A DNA stretch of 64,000 bases from NCBI GenBank assembly GCA_964276515.1, contig OZ193910.1, forward strand, positions 4,898,001-4,962,000, in the 5' to 3' direction. The stretch comes from Gordius albopunctatus. Lineage: Eukaryota. This document shows positions 1 through 10,814 of this stretch, one piece after another. The notes beneath the pieces were generated by a model. That model was given only the letters and a program-made list of their open reading frames with translations. It ran no database searches and was not told the origin of the DNA. Made by a program: the position numbers and the translations under genes. Each line of letters starts with the position of its first letter. The stretch's first letter is position 1.

Positions 1-43
1 GATTGGGCCGGGTCGGGCTTCGGGCGGCCCGTGCAGGGCTCTA
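1..43. mobile_element. Right end of a hAT-type element or MITE, truncated by the window edge
   Basis: Reverse complement reads TAGAGCCCTGCACGGGCCGCCCGAAGCCCGACCCGGCCC. This resembles the termini at 22699 (TAGAGACCTGCGCGGG) and 55202 (TAGAGATCTGCAACGGG), including GCCCG subterminal repeats. Confidence 0.6.
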
Positions 44-339
44 GGTATGGGCTTATCGATGGTCCGGAGATCTTCGGACAGGGCTGAGGGATTAATAGCA
101 GATGTTAATATTTTAAAAAATTTTTATAGCATCAAACAATTTTAATTGTTCCATGTGCCTAATTTCAAATTTATTTTCATTTAAGTCCTTGATTTTTAAA
201 TTTTTTGTACCCAATTGTTCAGTAATCACACCCAACACCCAAATTTTTTTTTACTTAAAGACTTGGTACACTAATAGTGGGCATTGTTCAGTGCTTAGTA
301 AACTTTAAAAAATCGGGTGGGTACCTTAATTTGCAATAT

Positions 340-3099
340 AAAAACTCATAGCTATCCGGAGCACGATTAGGATACCCTGGTGACATATTGTGATATAGTA
401 TTGACAGCGTCCCGTCCTTAGTTACTTTAGCTATGTTCAACCATTTTTTTAACAATATCCACATACCTTTCTACCCGCCCATTAGAGCTAGGATGGATGA
501 TTAATTTTATAGGTTTGACAAAAATGTTTAAATTCAATGCTAACAAAAGCTTTACCATTATCCGTAACAATTATTTCTGGAAACCCGTAATTTCCTATCA
601 ATTCCTTTAAAAATGCAATTGTTAGTTTAGTAGATAAGTTAGGTATATTTCTAAATTGCGTGCAACCGGAAAACGCATCAACTACTAAGATGTACCGCTT
701 TTTATCTATCTCAAAGAAATTTATGTGTATACTTCCTCACGGGAATTTAGGAGGCGGCCATCTATATTTTTTATTTCTACGCGGCATCTGTGCATCAAGT
801 TTACAAAGCTCACACTGCCTAACAAATTTTTGGATATCTTTAGTTAATTGCGGCCACCAGACTTATTTTCTTGCAAATCCTTTTATTTTAATCATTCCAC
901 AGTGTCCCTGATGTGGTTAAGTGAATACCGATGACCATCTAATTAGATAGCAATACGATAAGTTCAAAAACTCATAGTTTGCTACACGATCTGGGCCCAA
1001 GCTTTTCTCGCTGATGCCCTGCAACACCCCAAATGACGCCAGCTACAAGTCTGGTTTCGTCATTCAGCCGTAAGATGTATTCATACGTTGTCCGGTGGCA
1101 CCACTTGCAGATAGTCGAAAATATTTTTAGCACCTCCTGACAAACCTTAACTGGTACCACTAACCTTTCATGCTTTTTAAGAACACTATTTTCTAGATAT
1201 AATTCGTTCAAAATATCTTTAAAAGGGGCGTACGTAAATTTTATCGTCTATGCCTGCGTATTACTTGCATTGACAATTTTGTTTACATCTAAAATATAGA
1301 AAGAAGTGATTACATGTCTTCCTATTATATCACAAGACAAAGGAAAATCATCCGCCTCAATGGAATCTGCGCCCAAACGCCATAGTACATCAGCCAAATG
1401 ATTATCCTCTCCCTTGCCGTATTTTAGGGTTATGGTAAAATTACATAACATTACAAGCTAACTTTGTAGCCTAGGGGACATTAGTAGGCGTTAGCCTTTT
1501 TAAATAAAGCAACATGCGGCTTATGAGGTCAATACAATACAGTAACGATTTGCCAATTAAATATTCGCGACATCACTTTAATCCATAAATCATCACTAAC
1601 GCTTCGCGTTCTATAACAGAAAATCGCACCTCAGTTTTATTTAATTTACATGAAAAATACAAAACTGGATGCTCAATTCCATCCACAACATGACATAATG
1701 CATTTCCGATACCAATATTAGACGCATCGACTCTTAAAATATGCTGTTTATTTTGGATCATAACATCTTAAAATGGGGTTTTAAGCAAGATATTAAAAAA
1801 AATTCGTTATCATTTTTACACCATTTAAATCCGATATCATTTTTTGTCAGTTCGTACAAAGGTCCGGCATTTTGGGTTTAATTATTTATAAATTTAATGC
1901 AATAATTTATTAGACCCATTGACGATAGTTTCTTTTTATTTGTAGGCAACTTAAAATTTTTATTGCTTCCATCTTGTCAAATTTTGTTTGAACATTACCA
2001 TTGTTTAGAATGTGTCCTAAATAGATAACCTGTTCAGTCCCAAAATCACATTTTTTCTTTGAAACTTTTAGAAGACTAATTAAATTCAAGACCCGAGCTA
2101 GACGTAAATCATGCTGGTCTTTTGTCCTTCAATATCGTCTAAATAAAATGTTATACCGTCTAAATTACTAAAAATTGATGACACTCAGTAAAAAATTGCA
2201 GGTGAAATGCTTAGGCCAAGAGGTAGCTTTTTAAATATAAAAAGTTCGGCATTTGTATTATTTGTTGGGATCTGTGACGCCTTTTGATCAACCTGTAATT
2301 GCAGATAAGCGTCGATTTTTGATAAATATTTAGCGCCTATTAATTTAACAAAAATAATTTTTAACCTAGGCAATGGGTATTTTACCTCAATATATTTGTT
2401 TACCGTGATTCTATAATCAGCCCAAACTCTAACCGTTCCGCCAGGCTTCTTGACAGGTACTAAGGGTGTAGCCCATTCCAAATAGCTAATAGGTTTAATT
2501 GCATTATCCTTTAACCATGTTTTAATTACCTCGTCTACCTTGATTTTTAAAATTAAAGGTAGGCGTTTGGCAGAACAAAATTTAGGAATCATCTACTCTA
2601 ACCGAAAATATTTCGTTAAACATCCTAGACTAGGTTCAAAGATTTTAGAAAATCGGTTTTTTATATTATCAATTTTGGTGTGCCATGTTTAGACCAAGTC
2701 AGGCTTTGCCTCCAGGTTAGCCAATTTATGACATGTGGGTCCCAAAGGTACCCCGAAACGGGTATCAAAATATCCTTGCACTTAAAACTACCTAATAACG
2801 CCTTAGACATCACCATGGGCAGTCAACCTTTAAAATTTTGCAGGAATTATTTTTTATTACGAAATCCCTACCATTAAACTTAGGGGCCAATGATCCTACT
2901 CCAGGACCAGTCCATTATGTTACCCACATTCTCTTTAATAATATATAATTCCAACTCGGCTATAATTCCTGCCACTAAAAGGGAAACATTAGTTTTACCG
3001 AGGACAGTAATAAAATTATTATCTACTTGTTTAGCAATTATATTGGCCGTTTTAAAATTTTCGTCGGGCCAAAGCTTTTTAAATGTTTTATCTGATATA
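340..3099 (-). mobile_element. Degenerate Ty3/Gypsy LTR-retrotransposon pol (protease C-half, RT, RNase H, integrase), many stops and frameshifts
   Basis: Minus-strand fragments in Gypsy order: protease-like ISDKTFKKLWP...VLGK (~2890-3097); RT WATPLVPVKKPGGTVRVWADYR...YPLP...LPLGLSISPAIF (2185-2592); RNase H DASNIGIG...FSVIEREAL (1573-1761) and NHLADVL; integrase GHCG..K...VWWPQL..DI..FVRQCELC, VVDAFS, VTDNG, SNGRVER (~460-910). No LTR found. Confidence 0.92.
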
Positions 3100-5140
3100 C
3101 TAGCTGACCCGGCAAACGCTGTTTTGCTATATACATTATTTCTAGAAAATACTATAAGTTCATGGGTATGTGGTTATGATATGATTGAAATAACAATGGA
3201 GCGTTGTGACAATGTTAGCCTCATGCCACATTTAGCTGTCCGTGAGAAAAGCATGGTGTGGCAAAATTTAAGCTACACATAGACATCGTTTGCCTTGCGC
3301 CTTATTGATTGTCATTGCCAATGCCTATCTAATTGGAAAGGGATTCGTGGCAGCAATACATTTTCACCTCGTAAACTTGCCATTGAAAATGCTGACTTCA
3401 AGTTTTTCATTAATATTTTAATGACAGGGCCAATGCTATGCCATTTTTGTATCGTATCTCGGCAAGAATTATCGAAATTAGAAATGTTTTGCCAGTTCCA
3501 CCTGATGCATCCAAAAAAATAAATCCCTAGTCCTGCCGAAACTATCAGCATAATGCGGTCGTGAATGATTTTTTGTTCATGAGTTAGTTGGGACATTGCG
3601 AGTAACAATCGCTGCAATTTCCAAAGTATTTTACTGCACTTCAAGACTCATATCAGTGTTGAGTAAATCAAATGTACATCGCTTTGGTTAACTCATACCA
3701 AAATGACTGTTTTTAAAATTGGCAATGACAATGCAAAGATCCGATTGCTATCAAGATGCTTCATTATACTTTGCGTCGCTGAATGATAACGTTAGATCGT
3801 TGCATCTTGAAGGATGTCGATATCATCAGTCATTGAATCTTTGCTTTTACCACAACGTTTGTGCCCGGGGTGGGAAACATGCAGTTAACACTATAGCGGT
3901 AGACGAATTTGTGTTCCTGTACAGTTTAATGCTGCTTCAGTAAAAATATTGTTAAGATGGTTGTCGTCTTACATTGTTGCATTTAACAGTATCTTGCGTA
4001 TGTCTGACATTTTATTAAGTGTCAAAACGTATTAAACAAAAATGCCGGCTGCCCCCTATAAATCCAAAAGCTCTTTGAAGCTTATTAAAATAATGGCTAA
4101 ATTAATGTCAAAAAATATTATTTTACCCCTTCCTAAAGTATTTTTGCCCCCCTCAAGTTTATCACTAATAACTACTGTATATCGTTTATTAATTGTAAAA
4201 CCGAAGATACGCTAAACAGCTTCATTGAAGCGGATGTACCGGCCAACGGTAGTTCGTTATTTTATCATTGTTATTCAAGGAGGAGCATTCACATTGGTAT
4301 TTTCAATTCTAAATACATCCATATCAATTCCTATATTCACATACTGCAAATATATTTGATGCTCTTCACCGAACTACAGAACTGAACATTAATATGAGCA
4401 TTGAGTGTTTTGCACAGCAAAGGTAATTATGGTACACCACCCAACGATTGTCAATGTCTGAGTTACTGATAGTTTTTTTAAATGATTGTCCGCCATTGTC
4501 GATACTTCTTCGACGTTATATTGGATATCCATCGACATGTGTGACCATACCGTTGGTAAAATCTTTAGGAAAACGCTTTGTACATTTTCCATCTGACATG
4601 CAAGGCGATGATCGATTAAAATATCCACATGTGCCTTGAATCATGTTTGTAGTAACAATATCATATAATAATTTATCAGTAGACGGATTTGGAATTTCTG
4701 CATAAATCAAACTATCGATGTCTTAAGGACATATTCTGTCGATAAACTAAATCAAAATGTGAGCATGTGCTAATCCTCGCATTTGCCACTCATTCGAATA
4801 CATCCAGCAACGTGCGGGTCCAAATATTATTGCTGATATGTCAATAAACATAATACTTTTAATAAATGGAATACTTCAGCCTTTTTATATATTAGATTAT
4901 TTACATTGTCGCATTTTACAGTAACCGTGTATGACATCATGAAGTTGCCTATGATTAACATTTTATTAAGTCTCAAAACTAATGAAAAAAACTGGACCGT
5001 CTTATCACTTAGAGATTTAAAATAAAGTTTAAAACCTAGTCTCAGACCTACCAAATATTTGCAGAAATTTCTATAAAAATTGGTCAAACCGTGATGAGTT
5101 TAATTACAAACAACGTGACACGAGAATTTTATATATTAGA
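3100..5140 (-). mobile_element. Helitron, internally deleted and non-autonomous, 2041 bp, with Rep and PIF1-helicase relics
   Basis: 5' end A|TCTAATATATAAAATTC at 5140. 3' end has the hairpin GCAAAACAGCGTTTGC, then CGGGTCAGCTAG|T at 3100 (A/T target, no TSD). Rep motif EWQMRGLAHAHILI (~4750-4800), AEIPNP...SPCMSDGKCTKRFPKDF...DGYP (4516-4710), Walker A FLDASGGTGKTF (~3483-3518), C-terminal GENVLLPRIP (~3340-3370). Confidence 0.92.
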
Positions 5141-5442
5141 TATGTATACAAAAGATAAATTAATTAATGGATCGGATTCAATTAAGATTCATTTTTTGAG
5201 GGGGGGGGGGGGGAATGATTGCCCCCCCCCCAAAAAAAAACACTAAATTAATATATTTTTCCTATCATCAATATTTATATTATTTAAATTTATACAAAAC
5301 CGAGATGTGACGAGAAGTGGAAAATTGAGCCAAGATCGAGACGAGAATTTTGATGTCGAGATGATACTAGATTTTTTCGGCGATATCTTGGCTTAAATTT
5401 TTTATTGATTATAAAATTTAGTAATTTTAATTTTGTATTTTT

Positions 5443-6602
5443 TAATTGCTATGCAATTTATGGGCTCGTTTTTGGTTGTCCGTCGTCCGTCCGTCCGTCG
5501 TCCGTCCGTCGTCCATCCACCAAGTTATTGGCGCCAGCTTTTTTTAAATTAAATTAATATATTGTTTTAACACCATTGATAATATGACTTTTTGACCGTC
5601 CGCAGGCTACTGACCATTGAAAAAAATTACCATTGGCCAAATAAATCGAAATTTTTTGTTCGTTTTTGAATAGGTTAACATTGATAATTACCCTATACTT
5701 TTTAATAATTGCTATGCAATTTATCTAGTTTTTGGGTTAGAATCCAGGAGTTTTTTTTGACTCTTATGATTGTTCTTGTTACTATCATTGATAATAAGAC
5801 TTTTTGGCCGTCCGCTGGCTGCTGACCAATGAGAAAAATGACCATTGGCCAAAATGTGTATCCGAGTTTATTTTTTCGTTTTTTTTTTACTATTATGATT
5901 GTTCCTGTTCCTACCATTGCTATTATGACTTTTTGGCCGTCCGCTGGCTCCTGACCGATGGAAAAAATGACCATTGGCCAAAATGTGAATCGAAAATATT
6001 TTTTTCGTTTTTTTTGACTATTATGATTGTTACTGTTCCTACCATTGCTATTATGACTTTTTGGCCGTCCGCTGGCTGCTGACCAATGGAATAAAATGAC
6101 CATTGGCCAAAATGTTATTCGAAAATTTTTTTTCCGTTTTTTTTTTGACTGTTATGAATTTATATCCACTTTTACCTGTCCTGGCTGCTGACCAATGGAA
6201 AAAAATGACCATTGGCCAAAATGTGAATCGAAATTATTTTTTCCGTTTTTTTTGACTATTATGATTGTTCCTGTTCCTACCATTGCTATTATGACTTTTT
6301 GGCCGTCCGCTGGCTGCTGACCAATGGAATAAAATAACCATAAGGCTGGCTCTACTAATGTGAGTTCGAATCCCGGAGAAGGCAATTTTTTTTAATTAAA
6401 TCAAAAATTTGTATTAATAATTAACTAATTATTTTACATTTAATACCCCCCCCCCGCCTATAGGCATTCTCACCCCTTCCCACCTTTCTCGCCCATAAAT
6501 TGCATAGCAAATATGATACATTTATACGGAGTGTAGATGAGTTCCCCCTTCCCTCCCCTCCTCCCCTTCCCCCTTCCCACGAGGGCCGAAGGCCCGAGTT
6601 AT
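5443..6602 (+). mobile_element. DINE-1/HINE-like (Helentron-associated) non-autonomous element, copy 1
   Basis: 5' subterminal IR TTGCTATGCAATTTATGGG, GTCC-type microsatellite (5477-5520), internal tandem repeats, inverted copy CCCATAAATTGCATAGCAA at 6492-6510, 3' stem-loop GGGCCGAAGGCCC at 6583-6595, T-rich flanks. Related copies at 14524, 48830 and 53508. Confidence 0.75.
5760..6342 (+). repeat. Tandem array of ~120-130-bp units inside the HINE-like element
   Basis: Core GACTTTTTGGCCGTCCGCTGGCTGCTGACCAATGG..AAAATGACCATTGGCCAAAATGTG recurs near 5797, 5927, 6055, 6180 (partial) and 6293, with a diverged unit at ~5585. Confidence 0.9.
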
Positions 6603-7599
6603 TATTTATGATTTACATTAAGGTATTAGATTTAAATCAATATTGTTGGAATATATTTTTTTAAACCACCCAACTATAGTAAATATTATATATCTTGCAA
6701 AAAATTTGAATTTTGGTAGTTTCAGTTTATTTACTTAAGTATTAGTGGCTCTTAGGGTATGTAAATAATTTAAAAAGATATTTATCACATATTTGTGTCT
6801 ATGTTTATATATTACATAATTTTAGGCTTAGAATGAGCTGAGTTCTAAGGTGTAGTAAATATTACTAAAGCTTTTTAACTTTAGCAATTTCTCATCCGGC
6901 CTGATGTACTTAGTTTGAATAATTATCCAAATTAAATGGAGGTGACTCGTGAGTCCCTTAGCGACATCTGTGCCTGGCACACGATTACTTCAAAATTAAA
7001 TGGAGTATTCGATGATCCTAATAGAAATAATGAAAGTTTTATGCCCTAACTGATAGTATAACTGCTAAATATTCGAACCTTAAAAACACATTATGTTATT
7101 TATTCATCACTTTTCACATTATAAACTAGGGTTGGCAGGTGCATTCTAGTTCAAGAATATTTATTTTTGTAAATAATATAATTATTAAAAGGTTACACTT
7201 GTACTTTGTAATTTTTTATATTAAAAATGCATCAAACTCTATGGGCTTTAAGATGATTGTAATATCAATGGACTAAAAAGTTTGAGTTAAATAAATAAAC
7301 AAAGCATTTAATGAGACTTTAGACAGGGTCTAAATTAGCCAAGTCATATATAGGTAAACTTATAAATTTGTAAGTCTATTCATATTTGACAAACATATTA
7401 AATTTGTTAAAAATGATATGATTTGCGCAAACAAACAATTTAATTATCTATATTGGAAGTTTATTTATAGTTGTTTTTACTTTATATGGAAAATGTTATT
7501 TTTATTAATTAATCCATGACTTCATATTGTCAATGACATGTGGCACTAAATCTTTATAAAGTTTGTATATTAAGGTTTTACAAAAAATAAAATGCATTA

Positions 7600-10015
7600 T
7601 AAAAATCTGGATTTCATTTCGTAGCGGCTTAGAAAAATCTCAGTCTCGTCTCGCCTCGACGAGAAATTTCGACATGTTTAGACTTTAAAAAAACTTTTAA
7701 AATTTTCCCTTTATTTTTTGACAACAAAATATTAAAAAATAAATTAATATAATTACACAAACTGAAAAATCAATTAATTTATCATATTCTTTTGCCTACA
7801 CTACATTAATATGAACACTAATATTTATCCCAGCAATTACAATGTGTTAGAAATATATAGTGTTGCGAAAAGGGGAGGAAAATAGCGATGCACGCGCGAC
7901 TTTATCAAAAAGCAAAATTAATCCCCGCATCCCCCCGCCCCGCATGCTAGCACTACTATCTGCGCTAGCAAGTGGCCTTTTACAAATGCATCAATAATAT
8001 TAAAGAGGGGCAGGGGAGTGGGAATATATAACCACAGCAAATATAAATAAAAAACAATTTTTAATCAAAATGGCGAACCATTTTTTAATTAAAAAGGTCC
8101 CACACTACTTTACTATATTCTATCCGTTTTATACTTTGTATCTGTTTCTATAGTGTTTATAACTTCAATTTAAATTAATTTTTTTAAGTTGTCGTAAATA
8201 TCGTTTTTACATTACTTTCCTTAACTCTATGAAGATATTTACTAATTAATTAAAATAACAGTTTATACGATATAGGAAAAATTTTTTAAAAATCATTATA
8301 CTATTTTAAAGCCATCGTGTCTGCCAGATATAGATGGGCACAGTCAATTGTGGATTTACCTATATTTTTACATAGTTGAACATGCTGGGATCCTTAGTTA
8401 GCATCGACAAAAATAAGTTGTGCTTTTAAATTAATGTTCTAGCCCTTTGATAATTATTACCAGTTTGTTCCCTTATTGCATGTTTATTATTATTGTATTG
8501 TCATAGAAATCAGAGACCAGAAATGCCCGGACCGCTGCCCGGCCCTCAACTGTCTTAAATTTTAATTTTCGGGCGGGCCCGGTGAAAAGGTTATTGTTAA
8601 AATAATATAAAACTAATAATAGGAATAATTATAAGATAATTTTATTGATGACTAGTTGATCACTAGGACTGGGGTGTGGAAACTACAGAACAAAGGATAA
8701 TTATAAGGGTAAGAATGAAAACATATGTTAATTACCAACTCGGGTTTGGGTTACAATATTAAAATATATAATTATAGCAATAATATAATCTGTAGAAAAT
8801 GATATACAAATATACGTATTCACATATTCAACAGTTATATAATTCAACAATAATATAGTTCAACATATCAATAAAGCGCACCAATTGGCTACAAGCGTAA
8901 AAGTAAACAAGATCACCTGATTTTTGCCAGATAGCCATTGGTTAAAAGTGTTTTAACGCCAAATTTAAAGCATAAAAAACGGGTGATATTTGTGTGTAAA
9001 TAAGCCATTAGAAATTTCAACAGAGGATTTAGATATTATTTCATTCTCCATACGTAATATATGCGAATCATCTAAATTCTTTACATAGGTCAATAGTTGT
9101 TTTAATATCTGCTGAATATATACAAAATTTATTCCATCTACATTTTAAAAAGCTTACCTTACTTTTGATTATAGTATGTTTATTTATTTTAAATATCATA
9201 CTAAATTTATTACATAGGTCAATTTATCCCATCTAAATTTTGTGTTGGTATTATTCGATTGTACATCGCGAATGCTGCCACGCCAAGTTAAATCTTTGCC
9301 CGACTCCATTTCTTAGCTACGTTTATGTAAAGGATTGAAATATTTATATTTATGTAGCCATTTCATTGTTCGCGAACCGCGATACACATGGGTGCCGTCT
9401 GGACTCACACAATGTATTTACATATAAGTGGTTAATTCTAATTCATTTAATTTTTTTAACAAATAAAAGTTGATTCAATTCGCCTTTTTTATTCCTTAAT
9501 CTACGATATTATACTCATTTCTAATTTCTATAAAAATTAATTTCCATATCATTCTTTTTTGCCCCATTTCATTCGCCATAGCAGAAGAACAAAAAAATAT
9601 TCTGCCCTTTTGGCATCCACTATTTTTATCTTGTTGTTGCCTCATGATCTGGTTTCTTCGGTAAAAAGGCCATGGATTATTTTAAAAAGATCGGATAACA
9701 ATCCTTTTTACTGAGGCTACAACTTCGGATTTTTATTGTACAATAGAGCCTTACATCCTTTGCCCACTCTTGGCCTGTTTTAGACGATAATGATATAATC
9801 TTTGTATTTAACAAATATGCCTTTTTACTATTACGCTTATATATGTAACTTTGTTTGAGTTAAATAAAATTTTTAACCCAAAAAATATATATAAAGAAAT
9901 TTTAAGCCGAGATCTAGATTATTAAATCTCCTATTGTACCGTCTCTTCAAAATTCTCGTCTCGGATTTTCAGGAGAAACCCGATTTTCGCGGATTTTTCG
10001 CATCACCAACCATAA
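7600..10015 (-). mobile_element. Probable heavily decayed hAT element carrying nested insertions
   Basis: TCTCGTCTCG-type subterminal motifs at ~7644 and ~9954. Frameshifted minus-strand relics appear in plausible hAT order: BED-like CKA..C..KI...GLL...IHG (~9670-9760), VSPDG (~9395), ALNLALKH (~8950-8972), QTRW (~8312-8325). Confidence 0.4.
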
Positions 10016-10282
10016 CCATATTAAATCATTTATAAAATATTAATCCTAACAAAATTTATGCCCTTAAAGACAGCATGCTTATAATTGAGTTTTGATCTTT
10101 ATCCCTAAAAACTAAAAAGTACAACGAGTTTCAAGAAGTTCATTGAGTTATTTATTTAATTTTTCAAATAATTATAAAACAAAAATGAGAATTTCTTTCA
10201 ACAATCTTGTCTAAAAGAGCCATCACCCGCTTTGGTCAGCAAATCATTTAAATAATGTTTTTATTATTGTATTTGAATAGGA

Positions 10283-10814
10283 ATGTATGTATGTATGTAT
10301 GTATGTATGTATGTATGTATGTATGTATGTATGTATGTATGTATGTATGTATGTATGTATGTATGTATGTATGTATGTATGTATGTATGTATGTATGTAT
10401 GTATGTATGTATGTATGTATGTATGTATGTATGTATGTATGTATGTATGTATGTATGTATGTATGTATGTGTATGTATGTATGTATGTATGTATGTATGT
10501 ATGTATGTATGTATGTATGTATGTATGTATGTATGTATGTATGTATGTATGTATGTATGTATGTATGTATGTATGTATGTATGTATGTATGTATGTATGT
10601 ATGTATGTATGTATGTATGTATGTATGTATGTATGTATGTATGTATGTATGTATGTATGTATGTATGTATGTATGTATGTATGTATGTATGTATGTATGT
10701 ATGTATGTATGTATGTATGTATGTATGTATGTATGTATGTATGTATGTATGTATGTATGTATGTATGTATGTATGTATGTATGTATGTATGTATGTATGT
10801 ATGTATGTATGTAT
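10283..10814. repeat. (TATG)n/(CATA)n microsatellite, ~530 bp, forming the 3' tail of the adjacent LINE
   Basis: About 133 near-perfect units with one interruption near 10470. The MYVC/HTYI ORFs are artefacts of this repeat. Confidence 0.98.

Noticed and set aside
660..4639. Plus-strand ORFs at 660, 2680, 2890, 3295, 3719 and 4448
   Set aside because: Antisense shadows of the Gypsy and Helitron coding relics.
5702..6385. Repetitive ORFs, and a CRISPR-like look of the regular repeats
   Set aside because: The units are full tandem copies with no unique spacers, inside a eukaryotic transposon, with no cas genes.
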